The notes below the pieces were generated by a model. It made no database searches. It saw only the letters and a list, made by a program, of their open reading frames with translations, and was not told the DNA's origin. DNA of 64,000 nucleotides from an uncultured Verrucomicrobiae bacterium (GTDB lineage Bacteria > Verrucomicrobiota > Verrucomicrobiia > Chthoniobacterales > UBA10450). Positions 33,453-42,201 of the stretch are shown one piece after another; the stretch's first letter is position 1; every line of letters begins with the position of its first letter. The DNA lies in contig CAWIBO010000002.1 of assembly GCA_963834385.1 (NCBI GenBank), positions 1,283,967 to 1,347,966 on the forward strand, in the 5' to 3' direction. Made by a program: the position numbers and the translations under genes.

Positions 33453-34970
33453 CTAGCCTTCCGTGGCCAGCTCGGTCGCCGGCAACCGGCGCGGCACCAG
33501 GCGCAGCGCGCTCCCACTTGCCTGCTCGGCGGCGGCGTCGCCGGCTTCGTGATACTCCGCGTCGCCGTTGACCGCCCAGACGTCGTAGAGCCTGGAATCC
33601 GCGATGATGTTCTCGGCGCAAAGCATGGCCGTCATCATGGCGTGATCCTGGTTGTTATACTTATGCATGCCGTTCCGGCCGACGAGATGGAGGTTGGGAT
33701 AACGCTCCTCAAGTTCCTCCCGGATCGTGGCCACGTGCGTTGCGTAATGATCGTCGTAGACCGGGTAAGCCTTTTTCTGGCGCACGACACAGCCGTCCAC
33801 GACATCGCCTTCGCGGGCCAGGCCAATCTGGCGAAGCTCACGTTCGGCCAGCTTGATCAGTTCCTCGTCGCTTGAGTCCCAAAGTCCGTCATGCTCGAAA
33901 CAGAAATACTCGAGGCCGTAGCAGGCCTTGTCGGCCTCCGGGACCATCTCGGGAGACCACGACCGAAAATTCTGGATGCGACCCACTTTCACGCTCGGGT
34001 CGTGGATGTAGATCCAGTTGTCATCGAACATGTTTCGCTCCTTCAGGATGAGCATGACGGTGAGGAAGTCGCGGTACTTCAGGTTTTCGGCGGCGTGGCG
34101 GGCGCGCTCGGAGACCGCGGGGGCCAGGCCGCGGATCAACTCGCGCATCGGGGCGGAGGAAATGACATGCTCGGATTCGAGCTGTTGCTCGTGCCCGGCG
34201 GCGTCGCGATAGGTCACGGACCAGGTGCGCGCCTCTTCGTTGTAACTGCAGCCGGTCACGCGCGCGCCCATGGAGATGGCGCCTCCTTGTTCCTGGACGC
34301 GGCGGGCCGCGGCCTCCCACATCATGCCCGGGCCGCGCCGGGGATACTTGAAGGAATTGATCAGCGTCTTGATCACTTCCCCGCCCTTCCGCGGCTGGCG
34401 CTGGGGCAGGAGAGCGTTCTTGATCGCGCTCCCGAGGGAAAGCCCCTTGATGCGCTGGGCCGCCCAGTCGGCCGAGATTTCCCGGCAGCTCATGCCCCAG
34501 ACCTTTTCGGTGTAGCTCTTGAAGAAAATCCTGAAGAGGCGTTTGCCAAACTGGTTGCTCACCCAGTCTTCAAAATTCGCCGGGTCGCGCACTGGGAACA
34601 CCCTGGCCTTCATCCAGGAGAGAACGCACAGGATCGAGTTCAGCACGCCCAGTTTTCGCAACGCCTCAAAAGCCTTGAGCGGGTAGGAGAAAAATTTCCC
34701 GCCGTAGAAAATGCGGGAGGAACGCGGCCGCTCGAGCATGTCATCGGGCAGGATTTCCTCCCAGAGAGCGTTGACCTCTTTGGACTTGGAGAAGAAGCGG
34801 TGACCGCCAATATCGAAATGGAAACCCTTGTAGGTCGCGGTGCGTGAAATCCCGCCGACGTAGACGGGATCGGCCTCCAGCACGGTGACGCCGACCTGGT
34901 GGCGGGAGAGAAGGTAGGCCGCGGTCAAACCCGCGGGCCCGGCTCCGATGATGGTGACGTCTGTCTTCAT
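33453..34970 (-). CDS. NAD(P)/FAD-dependent oxidoreductase (UDP-galactopyranose mutase/HemY-like family)
   Basis: [37 protein letters not shown]. Confidence 0.8.
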   Translation of the reverse strand: MKTDVTIIGAGPAGLTAAYLLSRHQVGVTVLEADPVYVGGISRTATYKGFHFDIGGHRFFSKSKEVNALWEEILPDDMLERPRSSRIFYGGKFFSYPLKAFEALRKLGVLNSILCVLSWMKARVFPVRDPANFEDWVSNQFGKRLFRIFFKSYTEKVWGMSCREISADWAAQRIKGLSLGSAIKNALLPQRQPRKGGEVIKTLINSFKYPRRGPGMMWEAAARRVQEQGGAISMGARVTGCSYNEEARTWSVTYRDAAGHEQQLESEHVISSAPMRELIRGLAPAVSERARHAAENLKYRDFLTVMLILKERNMFDDNWIYIHDPSVKVGRIQNFRSWSPEMVPEADKACYGLEYFCFEHDGLWDSSDEELIKLAERELRQIGLAREGDVVDGCVVRQKKAYPVYDDHYATHVATIREELEERYPNLHLVGRNGMHKYNNQDHAMMTAMLCAENIIADSRLYDVWAVNGDAEYHEAGDAAAEQASGSALRLVPRRLPATELATEG

Positions 34971-34976
34971 TCTTTC

Positions 34977-36197
34977 TTAAGCGATCCAGTGGCCCCGTGT
35001 GAAGTTCCAGACGAACCAGGCCTGAAGCCCGAGGCTCGCCGCGCCCAGCAGCGCGAGGGCGGCCAGGCCAGACACCCGCACGGGGAGGGACGGGGTGCGA
35101 ACGTGACTGAAAAAATGCAAAAGCGCCAGCACGATCAGCGCATGGGCGCAGAACTGATAACGCAGCATGCTTTCCATGTGCACGCTGGCCACGCCGCTGA
35201 CGGCGATGTAAAACGTGGTCAGACCGCAAAAATAAAGACCGAGCCGCGCCGGCCAGGCGGTGCGTCGACGCAGGGCGGTCACCGCCTCCGTGGCGAAAAC
35301 AGCCAGGAAGACCACGGCGCCGAGCGTCACCGTCAACTGGCTCATCCCGGTTGGATGATGAATCGAGGCCGGTTCCCAGCGGTAACTGGACGGTTTGAAG
35401 AGTGCCAGGTAATCAGGAAAAATCTGCCAGCCGGCCTCCTGCGTCAGCATGTAGAGGTCCCAGCGCCCGAACCGGACAAAGCAGTAGAGGAGAAAAGCCG
35501 CGCCTCCCAGCATCGAGACAGCGGAAAGCACGGCGGCTCCGCCGTAGCGACTCCACCAGGTGCGCGGCTGGACCAGGCCGGCCCGCCCCTCCCGCCCGAG
35601 ACGATGCACCAGCGGAAAAAGGGCGCAGGGCAGGCCGACGATGCGCGTGGCCGACATGACCGCGCCATGCAGGGCCGCGACGATCTTCGCCGCGCGTCCG
35701 TTCGCCGTGCTCCAATAGATAAAGCCCAGCAGCGCCATGAGAAAAAGCGATTCGGAGTAGCCGGCGATCATGAAGAAGGCGGTGGGATGCACCGCCACGG
35801 CGAGGGCCGCCGCTCCCTGGGCCGGCGATGACACCCCCCAGCGACCGGCGATGAGGAAAAAATAGGTCCAAAAACCCCAGGCGGCGGCCTGCGCCGTCAC
35901 CAGCAGCGCCGTGTAAGTGCTCAATCCGAAGAGATTGCCCACGCCGCCGGCGAGGAGGGGATAGGCTGGGAAAAAGGCGACGTTCGACACCTCCATCAGT
36001 TTGCGGGGCGTCGGCGGCAGCGTGGTCTGATAGCCGCGATCGATGATGTTGGCGAACCAATGGCTGTCGTGCTGGATCAGAGTGTGAAAACGGGTGAGGG
36101 CCGGTCCTTCCGGGGCCAGCCACCAGACCGCCATTGCCACCTGGAGCAGGGTGATCAGCAGGCCGGGAACAAGCGCGCGGATAAGAAAGCCGCGCAT
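34977..36197 (-). CDS. GT-C membrane glycosyltransferase (PIG-V mannosyltransferase-like)
   Basis: HDSHWF..I.DRGY, AFFPAYPLL, AGYSESLF, ATRIVG, SMLRY; multiple TMs. Confidence 0.75.
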   Translation of the reverse strand: MRGFLIRALVPGLLITLLQVAMAVWWLAPEGPALTRFHTLIQHDSHWFANIIDRGYQTTLPPTPRKLMEVSNVAFFPAYPLLAGGVGNLFGLSTYTALLVTAQAAAWGFWTYFFLIAGRWGVSSPAQGAAALAVAVHPTAFFMIAGYSESLFLMALLGFIYWSTANGRAAKIVAALHGAVMSATRIVGLPCALFPLVHRLGREGRAGLVQPRTWWSRYGGAAVLSAVSMLGGAAFLLYCFVRFGRWDLYMLTQEAGWQIFPDYLALFKPSSYRWEPASIHHPTGMSQLTVTLGAVVFLAVFATEAVTALRRRTAWPARLGLYFCGLTTFYIAVSGVASVHMESMLRYQFCAHALIVLALLHFFSHVRTPSLPVRVSGLAALALLGAASLGLQAWFVWNFTRGHWIA

Positions 36198-36378
36198 CAG
36201 ATTCGTCCGCCCGGCGAGAGTGGAAAGCCGGGTCGCATCCCCGGCGCGAGCCGGGAGCCCGGCGCCGAGCCGCGAGCAACGCGGGGAAAGAGGACTGAGG
36301 GGGAGCATCCATGAAAAAAGCCGTGATTGGACGCGCATGACGAGGGTTTATTCGGAGCTCGGCGGACCGCCCGGGCGC

Positions 36379-36741
36379 CTAGTGCCCTCCCGTGACGGTA
36401 TAGCCTTCGCGCCGAAGATCATCCGCCAGGTCGCGCTCCATTTCCTGGGCCGCCTCGAACGGCATCGGGTTGAGGTGTTCGTAGAGATCGGGCAGAAGAC
36501 GCACCCCGTACTTTTCGACCACCCAGGAGGCCTTGTAACCGTTTTTGTGGTTCTCAAACCGGTGTTCCGGCGGGATGCCCGTCATGCCCACGTAAACGCA
36601 CGGCCTGGCCGGGTCGCGCGTCGGATTCTCGGCCAGGACCGAGCGATGTCGCGCCGCTCCCGGATCAAGCAGGATGACATAAACATGATGGTGATGGACC
36701 GGGGCGCTGGCCGGGCCTTTCCGCGACCGGCGCCGCGTCAC
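36379..36741 (-). CDS. Small GIY-YIG-like nuclease superfamily protein
   Basis: HVYVILL...VYVGMTG, R.ENHKNG, C-terminal E; overlaps glgA-like stop (ATGA-type). Confidence 0.65.
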   Translation of the reverse strand: MTRRRSRKGPASAPVHHHHVYVILLDPGAARHRSVLAENPTRDPARPCVYVGMTGIPPEHRFENHKNGYKASWVVEKYGVRLLPDLYEHLNPMPFEAAQEMERDLADDLRREGYTVTGGH

Positions 36742-38189
36742 GCGGAGAGGCGGACGTTCTCCGGGAGCAGCCCGGTGTAGAGCGCCTCATATTTCTCGGC
36801 CGCCGTTTCCCACGAGAAGTCGCGCTCCATGGCGCGGAGGACCAGCTTTTGCCAGCGCGCCGGCTCGGCATAAAGGGCGCGGGCGCGCTTGATCCCGTCC
36901 CAAAGCGCCTCAACCTCGTGCGGGAAATAGAGGAACCCGTAACCCGTCTCCGCGGTTGGATCGTAGTCCTCGATGATTTCCTGGATGCCGCCGGCGGCGT
37001 GCGCCACCGGGAGCGCGCCATACTTCAGCGAATACATGGCGCTGAGCCCGGCCGGGTCGAGCCGCGACGGAATCAGGCTCGCGTCCATCCCCGCCTCGAT
37101 GAGGTGGGCCACGCCCTCCTCGTAATGGCGGCGATAGGCGAACTTGTGCGGAAATTTCCGGGCCGCGAGGGCGAGCGCGGTCTCGAAGCGAGGATCGCCC
37201 TCGCCCAGGATGATCAGCCGGACGTCATCGGGCAGCAACCGGTCGAGCAGCGGCATGAGCAGGTCGAACCCTTTCTCTTCCACGGTGCGGGTGACCATCC
37301 CGAAGACCGGGCCGGAGGGATCCGGGGCGAGGCCGAACTCCTGCAGGAGCGCGGCCCGATTCCCGGCCTTGCCCTCGATGCTGGAGGAATCGTAGCGGTG
37401 CGGAATGAGATCGTCGGTCGCCGGATCCCAGCGGCGATAGTCGGCCCCGGGCAGGATCGAGATGAGCCGGTGCGCATTCTCGCGCAGGACCGGATCGAGC
37501 CCGTGGCCGCCGGCGGGCGTTTGCATCTCCTGCTTGAAGCGCTCGCTCACCGTGGTGATGGCGTCGGCATGGAGAATGCCGCCTTTGAGGAAGTTCAGGC
37601 GCCCGAAATACTCGACCCCGCGCAGGGTAAAAAATCGTTCGGGCAGATTGGTCAGGGCAAAATCGAGGCCCCAGAAGCTGCCCTGTTCCTCCAGGTGATG
37701 AATCGTGAGCACGGTTTGGAAGGGCAGACGGTTCGCCCGGACGAAGACGGGGATAAGGGCGGCGGCCCAGTCGTGCGCGTGCAGGATCTGCGGAGAGGGG
37801 GAGAGCCGCCGGACCAGCTCGAGCGCGGCCTTGTTGAAAAAAATGAAGCGGCTGGCGTTGTCCTCGTAGGATTCGCCTTTCTCCCCGTAAAGCCCTGCCC
37901 GGTCGAAAAAGGCATCGTTGCGCACGAAGAAAATCTGCACGCCGCTGGCCGTGCGGCTCTCGAGGAACTCGGCCACGAAGGTGCCGCCGCCCACGCGAAT
38001 ATCGACGGTCACGCCGGTATCCCGGAGATTGGCCGGCGGATTCTCGCGGATCTCGCGATGGAACGGCTGCACGATCCCGATTTCATGCCCGCGCAGGCGC
38101 AGCTCGCGCGGGAGCGCCTCGATCACGTCGACCAGGGCGGTGGCGCGGGAGAGGGGCGGACCTTCCGCCGTGATCATGAGAAGGCGCAT
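36738..38189 (-). CDS. glgA: Glycogen synthase homolog (GT5) with degenerate catalytic motifs
   Basis: DNASRF, HAHDW, NFLKGGI, TTVSE, YGALP, DFSW; KTGGL replaced by RATAL, EPCGL by DPAGL. Confidence 0.85.
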   Translation of the reverse strand: MRLLMITAEGPPLSRATALVDVIEALPRELRLRGHEIGIVQPFHREIRENPPANLRDTGVTVDIRVGGGTFVAEFLESRTASGVQIFFVRNDAFFDRAGLYGEKGESYEDNASRFIFFNKAALELVRRLSPSPQILHAHDWAAALIPVFVRANRLPFQTVLTIHHLEEQGSFWGLDFALTNLPERFFTLRGVEYFGRLNFLKGGILHADAITTVSERFKQEMQTPAGGHGLDPVLRENAHRLISILPGADYRRWDPATDDLIPHRYDSSSIEGKAGNRAALLQEFGLAPDPSGPVFGMVTRTVEEKGFDLLMPLLDRLLPDDVRLIILGEGDPRFETALALAARKFPHKFAYRRHYEEGVAHLIEAGMDASLIPSRLDPAGLSAMYSLKYGALPVAHAAGGIQEIIEDYDPTAETGYGFLYFPHEVEALWDGIKRARALYAEPARWQKLVLRAMERDFSWETAAEKYEALYTGLLPENVRLSA

Positions 38190-38284
38190 GGCGTTACGCT
38201 AATGATTTTTCTTTCGCTGTCACCCGCCGCACCGCCTCCTGCTTATGGATTGACCAGATCCGCTGTCCCCGGCGCATCTCATCC

Positions 38285-39613
38285 CTAAGACCCGGCAGGA
38301 TATTCCCGCGTCACCCAGGCCAGCGCCTCCTCCCGGGTGGTGAGAGCGCCTTCGAGCTGGCGAGTCTCGATCGCCTCGAGAATCTCACTGAACTTTGGCC
38401 CGGGCTTGAACCCAAGCGCGATCAGGTCGTGCCCGCCCAGGAGGGGCGGCGGGATGATCGGTTCATGGGCAAACTCCTCCCGTTTCTGGAGCAGAAACTC
38501 GTAGTTATCCAGCATCTGATGGCTGCCGGCGCAATCGACCCGGTGCAGCTCCAGCTCGTCGGGGAACGTCGGCCGGGCCATGAACCGTTTCAGTTTCGCC
38601 ACGCGCATGTTCGGCACGTCCTTGAAAACCATGTGCTGGCGCACCATCTCCACGGTCGCGTCAATCTCGGCCCGCGAAAACCGGAGGCGCTCCATGATTT
38701 GTTCCGTCATCTCGGCGCCGACGCGGTCGTGCCCGCTGAACCGGATGCGCCCCGTCTCGTCGACCGCGTAGGTGGCCGGCTTACCGATATCGTGAAAAAG
38801 CACGGAGAAAACCAGCGGCAACGATGTTTCCGGCGGCAGCAGTTCGAGCATCAGCCGGGTATGCCGGAAGACATCGCCTTCCGGATGAAACTGGGGCGGT
38901 TGCTCGCACCCTTTCAGGGCCGACAGCTCCGGCAAGACCGCCTGCATCAGGCCGCTGCGGTCGAGCAGGTCCCAGCCCCGGACACGCTGCGGCGACAGGA
39001 AGATGCGAATGAGTTCCTCGCGGACCCGTTCCGCGCTGATTTCGCTGATGGAAGGGGCGGCCTCCCGCAGCGCTTCCCAGGTGTCAGGATCAATCTCGAA
39101 CTCGAGGGTGGTGGCGAAACGGACCGCGCGGAGCAGGCGCAACCGGTCCTCGGCGAAACGTTTTGCCGGGTCGCCGATGGCGCGGATCACGCGCTTCTCG
39201 AGATCGGCCTTTCCACCCACGAAATCGATGACCTCGTCGGTCGCCGGATCGAAGAACATGCCGTTGATGGTGAAATCGCGCCGCTGCGCGTCCTCCTCCG
39301 GCGTGGAAAAATGGACGGCGCTCGGGCGGCGGCCGTCGAGATAGGCTGCATCGGAGCGAAAGGTGGCGACCTCGAAGTTCATTCCGTGCTCGAGCACGAC
39401 GATGACGCCGAAATGCGCGCCGACCGCGTAGGTCCGGGGGAAAATCTTCTCGACCTGTTCGGGGGTCGCGTCGGTGGCGAGATCGAAATCCTTGGGCGGA
39501 ACGCCCCGGGCCATGTCGCGCACGCACCCGCCGGCGAAGTAGGCCAGGTGCCCCTGGCGGCGCAGGGTGGCGGCGAGGTCGCGCGCGGTCTGTTCCATAT
39601 CGCCGGAAGACAT
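38285..39613 (-). CDS. cca: CCA-adding tRNA nucleotidyltransferase with HD domain
   Basis: GGCVRD, DFDLAT, EDAQRRDFTING, EDRLRLLRAVRF, FHDIGKP; lacks poly(A) polymerase GRRF signature. Confidence 0.88.
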   Translation of the reverse strand: MSSGDMEQTARDLAATLRRQGHLAYFAGGCVRDMARGVPPKDFDLATDATPEQVEKIFPRTYAVGAHFGVIVVLEHGMNFEVATFRSDAAYLDGRRPSAVHFSTPEEDAQRRDFTINGMFFDPATDEVIDFVGGKADLEKRVIRAIGDPAKRFAEDRLRLLRAVRFATTLEFEIDPDTWEALREAAPSISEISAERVREELIRIFLSPQRVRGWDLLDRSGLMQAVLPELSALKGCEQPPQFHPEGDVFRHTRLMLELLPPETSLPLVFSVLFHDIGKPATYAVDETGRIRFSGHDRVGAEMTEQIMERLRFSRAEIDATVEMVRQHMVFKDVPNMRVAKLKRFMARPTFPDELELHRVDCAGSHQMLDNYEFLLQKREEFAHEPIIPPPLLGGHDLIALGFKPGPKFSEILEAIETRQLEGALTTREEALAWVTREYPAGS

Positions 39614-39825
39614 GGCGCAGCTTAGCGCGGCCCGCCCCCGGCCGTAAACAACTTGGACATGGTTCCCCGACCTGAGCTCACTCCTTGTCTCTTTCCTGCA
39701 GCCTGGATATCCTGGCGGACGTGATCACCCGGTGGCGTCGCAGGCCGTAAAAAAATGCGGAGCGGCGATCCGACCGAAACGCTTTTGTCTGATCCCGCGA
39801 CCTTGAAAAACCAGCTGCAAAGAAA

Positions 39826-40269
39826 ATGAGACCGTCCCCCTGCGCATTGGCTTCGACGGTCGCGGTTCTGCTTCTGATCCCGGCGCTTCCGGTACTCGCG
39901 CAGCAGCGCGGACCGCTGATCAGCACGGCGGTGGATGTGAATGGTGTTCGTTTCACCCACTCGAGCAGTTCAGGGAAGGAACCCCCGTGGATGAAAGACG
40001 TGGTCAGGAAAGTCGCCCCAAAGTATCCCTATGCGGCACGCAAAGCTCGCTTGGAAGGAAGTCTTGTTGTCCGGTTGACCATCGACCCGAGGACGGGCGC
40101 GGTGACAAATGTCACCGTTCCGAGATCGACGGGGACCTCGGTCCTTGATGGCGCGGCCATGCTAGCCTTGCGTGAATGGCGGTTCCGACCCATGCGATGG
40201 AAAGAGGTCGACATTCCGATCGCGTTCGTCCTTCCGCGGACCATCCGTCGCGTGATTCCGCCCAAGTGA
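39826..40269 (+). CDS. TonB C-terminal domain protein (energy transducer family)
   Basis: Signal peptide then PKYPYAARKARLEG...STG..LDGAA..ALREWRFRP. Confidence 0.8.
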   Translation: MRPSPCALASTVAVLLLIPALPVLAQQRGPLISTAVDVNGVRFTHSSSSGKEPPWMKDVVRKVAPKYPYAARKARLEGSLVVRLTIDPRTGAVTNVTVPRSTGTSVLDGAAMLALREWRFRPMRWKEVDIPIAFVLPRTIRRVIPPK

Positions 40270-40439
40270 TCGGGCGCGATCCCACGCTTTCAAGAACCAG
40301 CAGCCCAAGGGTGTGAGATTGGTCGCCTTGGCGCATCGTGCATCATTACGATGAAATCAGCGGCCGTAACGCATGGCTCTGGCGGGTAACGTTATCCGCC
40401 GGGCTGAAAAGCGGAGTTATCGCGTTTTGTGAGGTTCGG

Positions 40440-40468
40440 GGGGTCCTTCGCTTCGCTCAGGATGACGG
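40440..40468. repeat. REP-like element copy 1
   Basis: GGGGTCCTTCGCTTCGCTCAGGATGACGG; 28/29 identical to 41671..41699. Confidence 0.8.
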
Positions 40469-40507
40469 AAGAGAGCGGGCGGCGCGTGGGGAGGGGCTGA
40501 CGGTTCG

Positions 40508-40546
40508 CGATTACGATTACGATTACGAGTAGGAGCAGGAGTAGGA
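40508..40546. repeat. Degenerate hexamer tandem repeat (GATTAC/GAGTAG/GAGCAG)
   Basis: CGATTACGATTACGATTACGAGTAGGAGCAGGAGTAGGA. Confidence 0.8.
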
Positions 40547-40561
40547 AGGGAAACGGCGTTG

Positions 40562-41548
40562 TCAGGTGGGCGGGAGGAGCAGGGACCGGTCGCGCGCGGC
40601 GACGCAGCGCAATCGATCGAGCTCGAACCGGTGATAGAATATTTCCGCGCGGCGCCCATCGCTCCAGTAACCTGCGGCTTCGCCGGCGGCGTGGCAGACC
40701 AGGGCGAGGAGGAGCGCGGGCAGCGCGGCCAGCAAGCCGCTCTCGCGCAGCTTCCCACGGGCAATCAGGTCGCGCAGCAAACGGTAAAGCCGCAGGCCCG
40801 GGACGAGCGGGGCGAGAATCGTGCGAGCCAATTTTTCCCACCACGCCATGAGAACGGCGCGATGCGCGCCGAAGATCTGGCCGCCCGCCCAGGCATGGCC
40901 AAGGGAAGCGCTCAGACGCGAAATGTTCACGTGCCGCGTGACCGCCCGCGGCTCGATCAGAATTCTTCCACCGCGCGTGGTCATGCGCGTATTCAGCGCC
41001 CGCTCGCTCGCGTAGAGACGACTCAGTTCCTCGCGATAAAGCTCGAGCGCAGCCCGTTTATAGGTGGTGTTATGACCCGGACCGGCCACGACCTCCGCGC
41101 GGTCCCGGTGCCCGTACCATTCAACAAAGCTGCTCAGGAAACTGACCCTCCCGATGACCGAGCGGGGGTCGTTGCCGTTTTCCATGGCGGGCGCGACCCC
41201 AACGCAATCCTCCCGGTGCGCGGCGAGAATTCTTTCCGCCCATTCGCGATTCAACGTCACGTGATCTTCGATGTAGGCAATGATCGGCGCGCGTGTTTCG
41301 GCAAAAGCGAGCGCGAACCCCTGCGGCACGGAAGCGATTTCGCGCTGGGCGAGGAAACGCGCGGAATGAAAGCAATCGAACTGGCCGCGTGCGAGGGTGA
41401 GTTCGCCCGCGGTCGCGGCGGCATGGACGAGGACGATCTCGATCTGCTCGCGCACGGTTTGATCGCGCAGACTGGCCAGGGCCCGGGCGATGCGCGTGAA
41501 CGAGTATGGGACGAGGAAAATGGCGCTTAGTGCCGGGGGAGCGGACAT
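40562..41548 (-). CDS. Glycosyltransferase family 2-like protein
   Basis: Start MSAPPALSAIFLV; EIVLV, IIAYIEDH, GHNTTYKR, C-terminal TM region. Confidence 0.7.
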   Translation of the reverse strand: MSAPPALSAIFLVPYSFTRIARALASLRDQTVREQIEIVLVHAAATAGELTLARGQFDCFHSARFLAQREIASVPQGFALAFAETRAPIIAYIEDHVTLNREWAERILAAHREDCVGVAPAMENGNDPRSVIGRVSFLSSFVEWYGHRDRAEVVAGPGHNTTYKRAALELYREELSRLYASERALNTRMTTRGGRILIEPRAVTRHVNISRLSASLGHAWAGGQIFGAHRAVLMAWWEKLARTILAPLVPGLRLYRLLRDLIARGKLRESGLLAALPALLLALVCHAAGEAAGYWSDGRRAEIFYHRFELDRLRCVAARDRSLLLPPT

Positions 41549-41575
41549 GGGGCGAACTCCGGGGATGGAGGGGGA

Positions 41576-41608
41576 GAGCACGAGCACGATTACGAGTATG
41601 AGCAGGAG
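41576..41608. repeat. Degenerate hexamer tandem repeat, second copy
   Basis: GAGCACGAGCACGATTACGAGTATGAGCAGGAG. Confidence 0.75.
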
Positions 41609-41670
41609 GGGAGGGTGGCGGGAAGTTTTTGCCGAGCGCAGGGCGGGACCGAAGTTTATTCGACGTTTGC

Positions 41671-41699
41671 GGGGTCCTTCGCTTTGCTCAGGATGACGG
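41671..41699. repeat. REP-like element copy 2
   Basis: GGGGTCCTTCGCTTTGCTCAGGATGACGG, 7 nt past lspA stop. Confidence 0.8.
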
Positions 41700-41706
41700 C
41701 AGGGCG

Positions 41707-42189
41707 TTACGCGGCGGTTTTTGGTTCTTCGTCCGGTTTGGCAGCGAGCGAATGGATGATGAAACAGACCACGGCGATGCTGATGGCGGCGTCGGCGACG
41801 TTGAAGGCGGCGAAGGGGTTGGCAAACGGGACGTGGAGATCGAAGAGAAGGAAATCGACCACGTGGCCGTGCAGGAGGCGATCGGTCAGGTTCCCGATCA
41901 CGCCGGCAAGGAGGAGGGCGAGGGAAATATCGCGCCAGAGATCACGCGCATGCGGACGCAGCAGGAGAATGGAGATGAGACCGAGCGCGGCGAATTTCAG
42001 GATGATGAAAAAGAGGTTGTTGCCGCGAAAAGCGCCAAAGGCGGCGCCGGTGTTGGTGACGTGGACGAGGTCGAACCAGCCGGGGATGACGGGGAACGCT
42101 TCCTCCGGGCCGATGTGCTGCAGGACAAGGAACTTGGTGGCCTGGTCGAGCAGATAAAGCGGCAGGGTGAGGAAGAGGATAAACTTCAT
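41707..42189 (-). CDS. lspA: Lipoprotein signal peptidase II
   Basis: DQATK, NTGAAFG, GNLTDR, VVDF, FNVAD. Confidence 0.95.
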   Translation of the reverse strand: MKFILFLTLPLYLLDQATKFLVLQHIGPEEAFPVIPGWFDLVHVTNTGAAFGAFRGNNLFFIILKFAALGLISILLLRPHARDLWRDISLALLLAGVIGNLTDRLLHGHVVDFLLFDLHVPFANPFAAFNVADAAISIAVVCFIIHSLAAKPDEEPKTAA

Positions 42190-42201
42190 CGCCCGGAAGT
42201 G

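Noticed and set aside
38285..39613. Poly(A) polymerase PcnB call
   Set aside because: No GRRF signature; flexible loop and HD domain fit a CCA-adding enzyme
40338..40532. ORF ending DYDYDYE
   Set aside because: Product of REP-like and hexamer repeats, not a plausible protein
40440..41699. Repeat pair as CRISPR array or IS ends
   Set aside because: Only two copies 1.2 kb apart in direct orientation; no cas or transposase
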